Source of the DNA: Phoronis australis
Lineage: Eukaryota; Animalia; Phoronida
Direction: 5' to 3'
Assembly: GCA_002633005.1 (NCBI GenBank)
Contig: NMRA01000034.1
Location: forward strand, 204,136 to 268,135
Length of the DNA: 64,000 nucleotides
Every line of letters starts with the position of its first letter. The stretch's first letter is position 1. Below the pieces are notes generated by a model. That model did no database searches and had not been told where the DNA came from. It worked only from the letters and a program-made list of their open reading frames with translations. Of this stretch, positions 11,233 through 24,600 are shown in pieces. The translations under genes and the position numbers were made by a program.

Positions 11233-14200
11233 NTGTAGCGTAGCCCAGAACCAATCGGAAACTTGCTCACAAAAAGTTCTTTCCCCTTAGACCATCGAGA
11301 TCTTTGCTTCCAATTGGCTAACAGGGGCCACTGAAAAAGCAACCCACGTAAATAGGCATGATGGAAAAGCATGTGCATTTAGATGAGCCGTCTTGCAAAT
11401 GAAATTTCTACAGCCTGAAATCATCTAGGCACAGAAAACATTTCAAGTTCCATGCAGTAACGTACGTTTGCTTAAATTTGAAGGCCACCTGCGTCGACGA
11501 CTGAATACTATTTCACATCAACTTAATTTTGCATAGAAGAAGTTATTTTGGCCTCCTAAACGGCAACTGAAAAAGTCTAGTTCAAAGGTGTATATAGGCG
11601 AGGCAACAACGACCTTTTCACCTAAACCCAGTAAGTGAAGCCTAAACTAAGCAACAAAAAATGACGGAAACATGCGGTTGCCGGTGTCGTTTATCAATAT
11701 CACTATCGCGTAAATAAATGCGTTACAGCAGACTGGATTGACTAACGTACCTTGGACATCAACGTAATTTAAAAATATTCATGTAGACCTATACTGTTTC
11801 ATCCCTGACGACTGACGTACTGTAGCCTTGAGGTGCACGAAAAACGCGACCCTTGGTGCGATTACTATTCTTAACAACCAGCTTACACAAATGCGAGCGC
11901 CGCGTATTGAAAAGTACACAAAAGGTCCTTAAACTAACTGTTCGCCTTATCTAGAGGGGACGCCAAAGAAACTGGTATGGTTGGTAACGTATGATAACAG
12001 ATTTGATTTGCCTTTAGTTGAGCACAGGTCGGCGGAGTGTTTCAGTATTAAAGCCGCCACCTGTTTTAGTAACTTCCTCCAGCTTTTTTATTCCAAATTA
12101 GAAAAATGCTTACCTGTCAAAATTAGACTTAGGACCTGAAACGTGTACGTCCTTTATTGACTTTGTTGGCTCTTGCTGGAAAATAATGTGTCGGCCGTAC
12201 CGAATATTTTATTTCAGTCGTCAATTTGTTCAGACGCCTCACGACTGATGAGCTGGTGTTTCTGATTTTTTGAACGACCCGGTTCAATTTTAAACGTTGA
12301 AATATGACATATGGGCTCGAAATCAATGCTATACGCATCGGCCCGCGGTTATTCTCAGTTTCAAAAAGCCAGAGTGAGAGGGTCCATTTCATTTCGACAT
12401 TTCGCGTCTATTTTAATTCTAGCTAAATCTCAACAAAAACTCTACAGATGTCGCTCCATGCGCGTAGACGAAATCGCGAAAACACTTAGTTTCTACTGTT
12501 CAGAGAGCCATTCGTAAACAATCAGCAATGTCACTTTTAAGTTAGACGAAGGTTCGACTAAACTGACAAATAATTTCAGCATTAAGTTTATCCAAGTTTG
12601 GTAAAACCTGGGGTAATCCTGTCGGAGTCTATCTATTTTTGTACATATACCTTTAAAATGCAACATCGCAACATCCCGACTCTTGCAGATATTCTGCTAC
12701 ATTGAAAGATTGCTGAAGTACAAAGATTGGATTTTTAATGAAGAAAGGAGACTGTTCCGAAACTACGAGCGTACCAGTATCAAGCTTGCAAACAAAAAGT
12801 CTAGTCGTGTTTTTAACGAAATTTTCCGAATTTAGTTTATGAATAAAGTCTATATAAAAATCACTTCTTTTTCATCCTTTCGCATTTTTGTAAAAAAAGT
12901 AGTTTCCAGTGTTAATTCCTATTGGCTAATGTGCTCCTGACGTCATTGAGGTTGCACCGTGGGTTAAGCTAGGTAATGATCGAGATAGTTTAAGGAGTGC
13001 ATCTCATTGGGTGAAGGCCTCTCACTACAGAAGTGCACCGTATGTGTATAAGTCATCTACGATCTCAGATCTCAAAAGTTCATAGCACAATTTTACTGCG
13101 GTGTCGTGTTGACTGTTAGTGGAACAACGTCGTTTTGCATGGCCCCGCGTCGCCTTGGTGCAACTGAGCTGCATACTAAATACACAGCCGCTGCCCCGAT
13201 GTGGGTAAAAACTGATCAAATAAAACCTGCCCCAAAATTAGTGACATTAAAAACTACACTCTTCCTTGAGTAAACTAAATTATTTTCCCGGTGTTGGAAA
13301 AATGGCGTTCTATCGAAGTGATTCTGCTTCTAGTAAAATAGAGATGCGTTCTTTTGGTCGGCGCTATCACCTATTGGCCAGTTTCTGTTCCCCGATTCTT
13401 CAATCAACTGTTCTTCTCCTCCACGAAGTTGCGTTCGTATCACAACAAATTATCGGAACTGCTTTTATTTCGTTACAAAAGTTTTCAGTATTTTAATACC
13501 ATCAAACTGAATTTCAATTTTCAATTTTGCTGCTGCAAATCTGTCATCATCTCCCGAGAGATGTCGCAAAATTTTAGGAAATGGCGCGTGCGTGTGTCAA
13601 GGGCATAGCCTACTGTTTTCAAAACGACGGCTGACTTTAACTGTTACAAAAAGGCAGATAATTATGCGACAAAATCACGCTCATTAGATTGTTTTTCACT
13701 TAAACGCCTGCAGCGGGCAAGGTGCTTGTCGGTTAACTCCATAGACGGGTTGGAGGGGGAGGGGGGGGGGGCAGGAGGCCGCACCCCCCTTGGCTGCCTC
13801 AAAAATATTACAGCATTGCAAGAGCGTGAGGAAATGATTGAGTTCACTAACTAACCACCCCGGTAATTAACATACGGGTGAAACAAGAGTTAAGGATGCG
13901 TGCAGTTTTAGTTTGCGTGTGAAAGTGTCAGGCCACCGGCGCAATCATTTTCTCGTTTTTTCGTTTCGTTTTTTCTTTAGTCCTTCACCCTTATGATATC
14001 CTATATCCGCCACTAGACTAACAGATTTTGCATGCACCCCGCCACTTCATAGCTAGACATGATCAAGTTTCACAACGAGCTAGGTGACTAGCAGACTAAC
14101 TACACGGGCTGTGCGAAATATCGGGGTACCATGAAGCCTTGGCGCAAAGCTGTGGGGCTTTTATGGAACTAAAAAAATGTTATTTTTCAAAGTAAAAAAA

Positions 14201-16797
14201 GAAAAATGCTGTGCACTATTTAAGAAGACGTGAATGTGAGGAACCTGCATTTATACTTTCAAAATTCATACTAAAATGCTGAAACATGTAGTTCAGGCGT
14301 CTTTAAATTCATCTGCGTTGGTTTTTGAGTACGCAATATTGTATTTTTTGTAATACAGTAGTATCTTACTTTGAATTTGACGGTGAAAAATAAAAGGAAG
14401 AACACATGGCTAGAGATTTCTCGAAGGGACTCTTGGGTATGAAGCAGGAATTTTTACTTATTACTCACTGGCAAGCAAAATATGACGTATGCATTTGTTT
14501 CCGAGTACTAAGAACGGAATTCTAAAGCTAAATCTAATCAATTTTCAGAGTAACAGTCAAGCAGCCTGCAAGTTTTTCTCGAGAATTACTGAGCCGTCAA
14601 GGCGTCACCTTGTGCTCATCTTGGGATAGCAATAATGTTTCCAAATAGTCAAAGCCGTCTATTGTTACAGTTGCTCAACATGAAAATAATAAATAGGTAC
14701 ATAGTAGGTTATTGAATAACGTTACGGGAACAGAAGTCAAGTCGAATTTCCAAATCAATTCTTCAAGTTGACTGCAAATTATGTCGCGACTTTCAAAGTG
14801 CACTTGTGGACATTTCCGAAGTCCTTCAAAGGCTTTGCGAAAACAATTGTTGCCCTGCGAATACGCCGGCGCTCGACTCATTGTCGTGTTTTTTTTTTCA
14901 TCACTTTGGCAACCGTGACAGCAAATCCTCTCACAGCCAGCGATCGAGGAGAATCTTTATTAACGCTTCATTGAAAACGGCGCCGGTTACCATGGAGCTT
15001 ATTCTAGATTGCACGCTACATCAAGATACTTTCTGAGTGACTGGTTAATTTATGTCCATTGAAGGTACTTCGTATATACTGAGCCCAACCCAATCCCCAT
15101 GGTGAGTTGCCCATGTCCATGGGCGGTGCCGCATTCAGTTAAAATAAGTGAAGGGGCGCTATGGGCCCCCAGCTCCCTAATTGGTGCACCGCCCACTTGG
15201 TGAATGCGACTAGAAAGTCAGGTGATAAGATCGAGTCTAACTGTCAGACAGGCCACCAATTGTACAGGCCTAATTCATGCACTTGAACTTGTTTGGCTTA
15301 AGCCACTGGATTGAGGTTTCTTTGATTTTGTTTAGGCCTCATACTTCGATCACTGCCCCGTTTTAAGTTACTACTATTTAAGTCAAAGGTGGTCGCCATA
15401 CTACGTCACAGTAAACTGGAAGGGGGTTTCCCACTGAGATTTCTTATGACGCCGGTTTCATTACTTCCGAACCAATGAGATTCGTTGGTTCCCTGCGTGC
15501 CGCTAGACTGGTAGCCAGCACGCAGGTATCACTTTTTCTCGTGAATTATTTTACACCGGCGTTTCTGATTGGCTGGTCGAATCCTCAACAGGGCGCGCTT
15601 TACGCCAACAAAGTGTCACGACTGTCTGTCATTGTACAGACAATACGCCTTGCTTAAATTTCATGTTCAAGAAATGGGAATCCCAGAAAATTGTGGTTGC
15701 GCCTTTTCGGAGTGCACCTTTCTACTGTCGCTGACTTTTGTTTACGATGCTGTCCTGCATTCATACAGTATATGAATAACACACCAGTTAAATGTGCCAG
15801 ACAGTATACTAATGTCACTAAGCACTGCCTAGGTTACATCAACCAACGCGTGCTCGCGTGCTGGCGCGGCTACCGCCCCACCTAGCGGCACCCAGGGAAC
15901 CAGCGAGATGTGAAGCCATGTTAATGAACGTAAGAGGGCGCTTTACGGAAGGCAGCGATCGTTCAGTAGGGCTACCTGGGAGTATTGTCCTAGGTTATAT
16001 AAGACTACAACAACCTGACCTAATGTGGTAAAGTAAGTATTACGAATCGGTGATCAACGGGAACGGATTTGAGTCCTGTAGTGAGTAGACGGGAAAACAT
16101 TGTAAAGAAGTAAAGTCCAAGCCAAGACTGGATCCCAAACCCCGGCCGTGGACATTGAACCCCAGCTGCTGTGCGTGAACTTGAAATCCTGCTTAATCTC
16201 AAGATCGCGTATGCGTGAACTTGGAATTGAATATTCTGGCAAAAAGGTGAAATTATTGTTCGATGAACAGGAATTTTCGTAATTATCACAGGCGCTCGGA
16301 TTTCCATATTATTGAGTGACGTCATTTGCGATCGAGGAACAGATAAACCCAAGCGCCTGTGGTAATCATTAGCCTCGCGATCAACCATTTTCTCCTTTAC
16401 CGTAACTTGTGTCGCTGAACCACCGGAGGAATATGTGAATGGTTAAGTCGATTATTGTTTGGTGCAACTGATCGCCCGTAGTTGAAAAGGTTGGTTAAAA
16501 TTGACATTATTTTATTCAAGTTTAACTTGATTTAGTGCTGTGCAAGTTTTTGTGATCACGAACGTGATTATTTGAGTGAACTTGTCAATTGTTACCTCGC
16601 GTATTCATCGCAACACTCACTTCCGCTTAATCTTGATCCGAAGTTCACGTAGGCCTACAGCAGGGCAACATGCATTTGTTTTGTTCTCGATCTAATTCTG
16701 TGATTCAGTATTTATTGAAAATGGGTGACAAGCCAATTCGTGTCGTCATTGAGTTTGGAAACGATTAATTATAGTCTATAATGTTCAGTGACTGATG

Positions 16798-17044
16798 CAT
16801 AGGCGCACCCAGTGAGCAAAAACATGGGGGGGGGCTTGAAAATTTTTCGGTATGCGGACCTTTTACTGAAAAAAATCAATGAGTACTAAAAAAAACCGGG
16901 GTCACTAGGTTCATGCCTACGAATTGTGCATCCGTGCTGAATTCCTGTGGACTCTGTGCACTTTTGTCTCTTCTGCTCTGACTTTTTGTTTCATTGAGAC
17001 GGACTGTTTTGCCCATTTCGCCCCCTGGCCTGGGTGCGCCCATG
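16798..17044. mobile_element. MITE with a 5-bp target-site duplication (hAT5-like ends)
   Basis: TIRs CATAGGCGCACCCAG / CTGGGTGCGCCCATG, with TGATG repeated at 16793-16797 and 17045-17049. Confidence 0.7.
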
Positions 17045-17685
17045 TGATGCTAGTGGTGGTTGATGAGGCGTTATGATCCAACACTCTGGCCACCCTCTTT
17101 TTTGCATGGCTCTGTGGAAACATATAAGACTCACAGAATTACGTGCTTGTGTCGGCGTAAGCCACTAGATCGGGGTTCTCTATTGTTTGTTTCGATCACT
17201 GCTGTTTAAATAAATTGCAAATATTGGAGTCAAAGGTGATTGCCTATCATACCACATAACAGTAAATTGAAAGGGGCTTCCCAGATTTCAACCAGTGAGA
17301 ATGACTGAATGTTTTGACGACGTTGGCTTCATCACTTAAACCAATGAGAAGCCATGATATGTTAAACAACATATCCCACAGTGCTTCATAGCACTGTTAA
17401 AGAACTGTAACAGCCTGTGCGTTCAATAATGCGGTAATGCTAGAAAAGCAAGATCCCATGAGATATTGTATATTTTCGATGAGACCTCATAATTTCGGCT
17501 AGATTTTCTGGCCATGAAGTAAATAAAAAGTTTATTTAAAGTCGGGTGTGGGTACGTAGTAACACAGGAACAGTAGCATGAAGCTAGTAATCGACTATTC
17601 CTTATTACAGAGCTAAATTATGAGGCTAAAGGTATACAACACATGAGCTATGAACAAGACTGCAGATAAGACTGTTATGAGAAAG

Positions 17686-17939
17686 ACACACACACACACA
17701 CACACACACGCAGACACACGCAGACAGACGACACACAGACGACACACAGACGACACACAGACGACACACACACGCACACACACGCAGACGACGCACAGAC
17801 AGACACACAGACAGACACACANNNNNNNNNNNNNNNNNNNNNNNNNNNNNNNNNNNNNNNNNNNNNNNNNNNNNNNNNNNNNNNNNNNNNNNNNNNNNNN
17901 NNNNNNNNNNNNNNNNNNNNNNNNNNNNNNNNNNNNNCA

Positions 17940-17990
<51 letters not shown>
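17686..17990. repeat. Compound (CA)n/(CAGA)n microsatellite spanning an N gap (17822-17937)
   Basis: Directly visible. Confidence 0.95.
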
Positions 17991-17992
<2 letters not shown>

Positions 17993-18169
17993 TGCTTATT
18001 GTGGTATGTAACACAACCCAACTACAGTTGCCACAAAATGATGATCTGTGTAACACACAATGGAAAGATAATGTAATTACAACTACATCCCATTCATTAC
18101 ACTGGGATACACAAGACTGCACAGAGATACTACTTAAACATTAATTGCAATTGCTAAGGTAAATATACA

Positions 18170-18930
18170 ACAGTCGCGATAAGTGCAGTCACAAGGATAT
18201 GCACCAAAATAAATCATAAGATTGTTTTTGTGGTCACCAACAGTCCTGCACATCTTCAGGCCTCTTGGCAAGTCATTCCATGATTTAAGTCCTTGATTCG
18301 TCAGTGAGTTACAACCATGCAATTTAGTGTTATACTCATGAGAAATTTCAAAAGTTAAAGTGTTCCTCAAACCATATTATCATTCTTATTTTGCCAAGGC
18401 GGCATGGACCAATGTTGTTTACAGTTCTAAAAACTTCAAGACACAATTTTTGTTTCAGTGAAGCGATGAGAGAGATACTCTTTGCTTTTTCTAGTAAACT
18501 TAAATAAGATGTCAAGTCGAGAAAAAGACGTAAACGATATAGGACACAAACATGTCTGGATACCCTTTTCCTTAATGTAATTGACATGCTTGGAGAAGGT
18601 AAGCGACTCATTAGCCTAAAAGCTTGACCTTGCTTTCCCAATGAATTTCAAAGTTGCTAACAGTGAGTTTTTTTCTTCCCCATTGAGCCCTTTCCTTCAG
18701 AAAATAATTGCTTGAAATTTTCCAGGATTTGCCGACATATTATTGTCATCAAACCATACTGGTACATTTAATATGAAGCAGTAAAGGGTTCTTATATGAT
18801 TACCTTCCTGCCCTTATGCACCGTGTAGAATTGCACATTCAGCCCATACTTTCAGTATGCATACATTATATCTGTTCACATACTGAATTACATCCCATCA
18901 GGGACCACAAGGAGTTTGGGAATGCTCTCC
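18170..18930 (-). mobile_element. Degraded CR1/L2-group LINE 3' fragment
   Basis: Minus-strand WFDDNNMSANPGKFQAII (~18703-18756) and GLKSWNDLPRGLK (~18250-18292) are typical RT/post-RT motifs. The reading frame is disrupted. Confidence 0.65.
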
Positions 18931-19165
18931 ATGATCCTAGTAATACTAAGGGCTTCCACTCCAAAGATTCTGTTGAGGCTAGTAAGTAAGAGTTCTGGTG
19001 TAGGTCCATTATTAGGGTTGTCGAGACAAATATGTACTTAGTCCGTGTTCTTTTCAAAGTTGAATGAATGCCATTGCTGAGCGAAAGTTAATTTTTATGT
19101 ATATTATATTTAGAAACCTAATTGTTCTTCACAAAATCAATGACAACTTCAATATGCATATTTAA

Positions 19166-19526
19166 AGGGATAGTAAATCCTTTTTTGATGATTTCAACTA
19201 ATCCTTGTTCTGTCACCTGCTAATGCATCATTAGCGCCAATCTTGAAATCATTAAATAAAAACAGGAATCGACTAAAAGCCGTACTCCCTGTCACAGATT
19301 GGATTTTACGGTTTTTGGTGAGTGGTCTTCCCCCACAGTTGTCCTGTAGTTCATAAAAGCATGGGTCATGCTTGCCCATTGAGCAGACTTCAAAAGTAGT
19401 TTTCAAACTTCTGTTCAAATTTTTATGGGTTGTCGAGAGTTATAGAACATTTTGTTTTATAGAATTGGATGGAAAAGTCATTTTAATATCTGTTGATGGG
19501 CCCGCAAAACTGGGTTTGGTATCCTT
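19166..19526. mobile_element. TTAA-flanked MITE (Kolobok-like)
   Basis: TTAA|AGGGATAGTAAATCC ... GGTTTGGTATCCTT|TTAA, with imperfect TIRs. Confidence 0.55.
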
Positions 19527-20559
19527 TTAAAAATGAAATCAGCAACTATAACTTTCAAAGTTCAAATCTTATTCTTCGACAAATGACCCATTCTGTGCAC
19601 AAATTGAATAACCAAATCTGCACGTTCAATTAGCGCAAAACGGTAATCGTTAAAAAACCCTTATGTGCTTTATTATTTCACAGTTATTGGATTTTTGGGG
19701 TTCAAAGCATAAAAATATATATGAAGATGGTATCTACATGTATTGAAGTTGCATTACACTATGTTTTTTTTTTCTAATTTGTTCTCAAAATCCTGCTTTT
19801 ATTATACATTCATGTATAATTTCCGGTAACGGATGTCGTGTGTTTTTGTAATAATTTTTTGTAAGCATGAGTAGTGGAACAAAAAGTTATCTGGGCACAA
19901 CATCTGTAACTCAAAGACATGATATCTGCTTGAAAGCATACTAATTAGTAAAATTAATGATGACGAATGTCAAGACCTGTTACTTTTTCAGTGACAGAAG
20001 TTTTATTTTAAGGGAGAGTAGTTCTTTAATAATTCAGAAATGTTATTTTCAGTAATTTAGTTAAATATAAACACAGAATTAGAGTCTTGAAACTCTCCTC
20101 TTTAGACAATGGCTATCTCGTTACTTCTCTCATTTGTGCCTTTAGTCACGTGGCGCCATCTATAGGACATGGTAAAACTTCACCAATTTAGTGCTTTATC
20201 ATTTTCAAGTTCTGTGCCATGGCTATTACCAGACAGAAGTTTTGTGAAACTGTTGGTATTCACAATTTGTTAGAAGCTTATGTATAAAGTGAAAAGGGCG
20301 ATTTTGGCAATTGTTCTGTATGGTATTGATGAGATTATGCCGTATATTCAAGTGATACTCTCAGAGTTAAGGAATTGATATTGGCAAGGACTGTTATTTT
20401 CAGGAATGCTAAGTCACGTGTAACACAGTCGGTCATAAACCATTCATTAATTGTGTCAGTGTCATTGTAACGATCATCCTTTCTGTCTGTTCGTCTCTTG
20501 ATTTTAGCTTCAAATTTTGTTTCTCTTTCCACAGGACCAGTGGAGTCGAAGCATCAGCC

Positions 20560-21617
20560 ATGACTAACGCCTCCACCGAGGATGCTTCTAATGGTAGTCA
20601 CCTTTGGCTCAGCTATTCACTATAAATGTGTATTATGTAACGTCTAATGAAATGTGGGTTTTGATAGCAAACAGTCAGTAATAGAAGGTGGGATTAAATT
20701 GAAAACACATCCTTGAAATTGATCAATTCTGTTTCTTCATATGAGATCTCATAGTAACTGACAGAGGTTATCCAACATTTGAAACTGTTATTCAGATTAT
20801 TGACCAAGAAAGCTTTTGTGAATTTATTTTTCAACATAGTTTTGTCCCAACTATTTAAAGCAACATTTAACCCTGGCTGTCTTGTAAAGAAACAAATAAT
20901 TTGAATTCAGCTGCTTACTGCAGGAAATTGTCAAATTATTCCTTAGTCAAAGTAGATGTGGTTTTTAGGTTTGGAAAGAACTGGTTAGTTTTTTTATTTC
21001 TTCAGACTAATTTCATGTAGTTTTATGTCACATGACCTGAAATTTTAAGAGATTGGTCTGAAGAAATAACTATCATTTTTTTCCTAGTGTAGAGATCACT
21101 TCTAAACTGAGTAAGAAACATGCCCTGACCAATTTTATAACGCTTAGTGGCTTGAATTTTAACTTGATTTTTGACAGAAAACATTTGTTTATGTTTCTTT
21201 AATAACTTGTTGAGCCTGGATACTAGGCTTGTTTGTAAATGTGTAAATCATGTGGGTGACTTTAAACCTGGGGTAGAAAGCAAAATGTACAGAAATCTGT
21301 TTCCAAGTTTTTACAGAAACAATTGCTAAACTACCAAATTTCCTTTTTTCTGCATTGGTTATGTTATTTGGCTCGACACTTACCATAACGTGAACTTGCC
21401 AAATTCGACTTGGAAAAATGCTGAGATTGCAAATGGCAACTCTCGTCGCTAAAACAAGGAAATTGCTGGCTCTTGCAAATGATGCATAGTTGTTGACACC
21501 AGTCAAAAATACTGAAACAAGATATTTGTGCAAGACTCATAGATGTCACCATCTGATTTTTTATGAAGTTTTCTGTTACTTGCTGTAGAATTTTGAGTGC
21601 ATGCTCAGATGTGTGTG

Positions 21618-21648
<31 letters not shown>

Positions 21649-24600
21649 ATGCGTGTGTGGCGATTTTTTGGCGACTTGGGATTTGTACCAGGTCGCATGA
21701 GGTCTCATTGATGACCTGCTGCCCAATCGAGACCTGTAAAATGTTCGGAATTTTGCAAGTTGTTTTTGGTACTTGTTCAGTACAAATCATGCATCATTTG
21801 CACTGAAATTTTTACTGAAAAATTGACATAATAAATTTCATATCTATGTCATCGTGTGTGCTTAATTAAAGAGTGTTTTCTGTAATATTGTATGTTTGCA
21901 ATCATACCCCCATCGTCTCTTAATGGCATGAGTTGTGACTCAGGTAAGATGAAAATCAAGTACTAATAACTTTCATCACTTACATGTGTGTGGCTCACCT
22001 GTAAGTGTTGTCCTTAAAGGGCCATTTTCGGCTAGAAAAGTAATTTTCCATTCCAGAAACTTGCAGTAACACAGATTCGAACTTACTTTCTTCCTAGTAG
22101 CTGCCAAGCACTGTACCGCTGAGCCAAATCCCTTGTGTTTAATAGGAGAGTGTGTTAAGAGTATTTAGATGGTAAAGACTTGTTTCTGGCAGACAATGGC
22201 AAGAATTGTCTATTTGTAATGAAATCTCAAAAAACAACAGCTTTTGTTGTGTTATAGCTCGGGTCAAGACTAATAAGTCCAAGAAGCCTATCCCATCCAT
22301 CAATAATTCCCAAATGCATTTTTCTGCCGTAAAACCGATAATGTCCTTTTAACTAAGTTCTGGTGTTTTAGTCCATCATTTTGACAAGTTCTTTTAAATA
22401 TTTGACTTAATGACCCATGGTCAAGTGTTGGCTCTCAGAGTGTTCTTTCAGAAAAAAATGGGTTGGGTTTCAGCAACTGGTATGCTGTCCAACCAAACGC
22501 TTTGTTTAGCATTGGACATGAAAAGTGGTGTTGGAGAAGGGAGTGGTTGCTCTCATTTAGTAATACTTATGATTTGCCATTCAAAAGCATTTAGTTTCAC
22601 TTCAAGGGTTCAATATAGTGTATTAAGTGATTTATATTGTCTCTCTTCAGGGGGCCATGCACCTGGTGAAGAGTCCATTGAACCAGAAAATCAAAGCAAT
22701 ATCCAATCCCCTGCGAATAATTCTTCAGTGGCCTCAACATATTTTGGTCAAAAAGTCTCTATTCCTGATGCAGACAATGTAAGTCAACATTACCATCTTC
22801 TGATGTCTTACTCGCAACTTTTACTATCTGCTGTTGATCAACATTGCTTTACTGTTCACAGCTGTTCAGAACTGTTCATGAAATTCTCTCCTTATATATT
22901 ACATATAAACGCCATATGTTGGCTCAAGCAGTAAGCTTACTTTCCTGGCTAGGCACCTTTTGCCCAGAACATATAGAAAGTAACATTTTCTGTCACTATG
23001 GTTTGGTTGAGCAGTCTGACTCAACAGCCCTTCTGGACCTTTTTTACAGTTAAAATGGCTAAGCCCATTATTACGTTAGAACACATCAAGATGTGTCACA
23101 TATTTCACTTTTACGTCCTTCTAAAACCATACGTTGACATGTGGTTGAAGAAGCTCTTCAAAATAATGTAATAAGAACTTATTTTAATCTAATTACTCCA
23201 CCTGTGTTCACAAAGGAGAGAAGAGTCATTTTCATGCAACATCCCTTCAAAGCTGGATGTCGAATATGGGACTATCAATGTGTATTTCTTCCAGGAAAGA
23301 TAGCCAAATCGCATGAACTTATGTATTCCACAAAACTTAATTGCTTATTGGAAACCATGACCAGTTACAATATTTACAAACTGTAGATATGTTGAAATTG
23401 TCCACAGTTCACCTGTAGCACTGTTCACCATTTGGCTGTGGTGACATTTAAACTGAAGGGTGGACTGAATTTACAATAATTATTACCCATCTGAACAGCT
23501 GTGTGTTGTTCCAATATCTCAGAGTAATAGACTGACGGTCTCTTTGTTTTCAACCAGATGTTCCGCTGAAACCAAAGTGGTACTGTAGAGTAACTTGTTT
23601 TAAACACCTTCTGCCCAAAAACATTTCTGTAACAGGCTTGTCTGGTTTTTGTTTGAATTCCGATGTGGCACAATGACATGTGTTGCCTTTCCTAAGGTCA
23701 TTCTTAGGAAATTGTTTTTTTAATTTTTGCAAATTGAATCGTACAACGTCACCAGTCTCCACTTATCAAAGCTATGTTGCAATGTACTGTATCTTGCGTA
23801 ATTGGGATCCATGACATATTTTGTGTGAGTAAGCCAACTTCTGAGTTACCTGAAAGGTAATAAGTTCACTAATTGGAGCATCTGCATCACAGAACTTTAC
23901 GTGCGTTATATTGTATCTGCCTGTAGTTGATCACAGCTATTGTCATTGCTAGCGAGTTTCTTTGTCTCTGTTTCAGTACAAGTTCAGTTTTAGGAAGCTT
24001 TGGGCCTTCACTGGACCAGGTTTTCTCATGAGCATTGCTTACTTGGACCCTGGAAATATTGAATCTGATTTACAGTCGGGATCTGTTGCTCAATTTAAGG
24101 TAACTTATAGGACATTGCATTTATAGACTACGGCAGGATGAATTCCACGTACAGATTACTAAAAATGCCATGAAGAAAGTTTTATGGTTCAGTTTGTCCT
24201 AAAGAATGTTTAAGATTCTTTGGGTTGGAGAGAAGGTTAATATGTAGGAGCTTAGAAAGATTTCCAAAGTTGGCCAACTTCGTAATACCATCTCAGAAAT
24301 GGGTGATCGTGCTCATACGAAACTTTCAGATGCTATACTATATGCACTGCTGTCCTTAATTGTGCAAGGAATTGTTTTTATAATGAGTGTATGAGGGGCT
24401 AACAAAAAGTAGGACTTTTATGATTTTTATGGGAAAACTCAAAATTTGCATAAAACAAAATTGCTCATGGATTAATTCTTATTTGCACAACCAAGCAAAA
24501 CGTTGTACCTTCACACAGTTTCGGCGACTCACAGCAGCCATCTTCGGAAGCTGTAGCTATTGGATACTAGGTGGTGTGGTGTGTTCCAAATTTTAGATAA

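Noticed and set aside
17613-18144. Cys/Val-rich and Thr/His-rich ORFs (also 21597-21806, 26249-26709, 61970-62279)
   Set aside because: These are translations of microsatellites.
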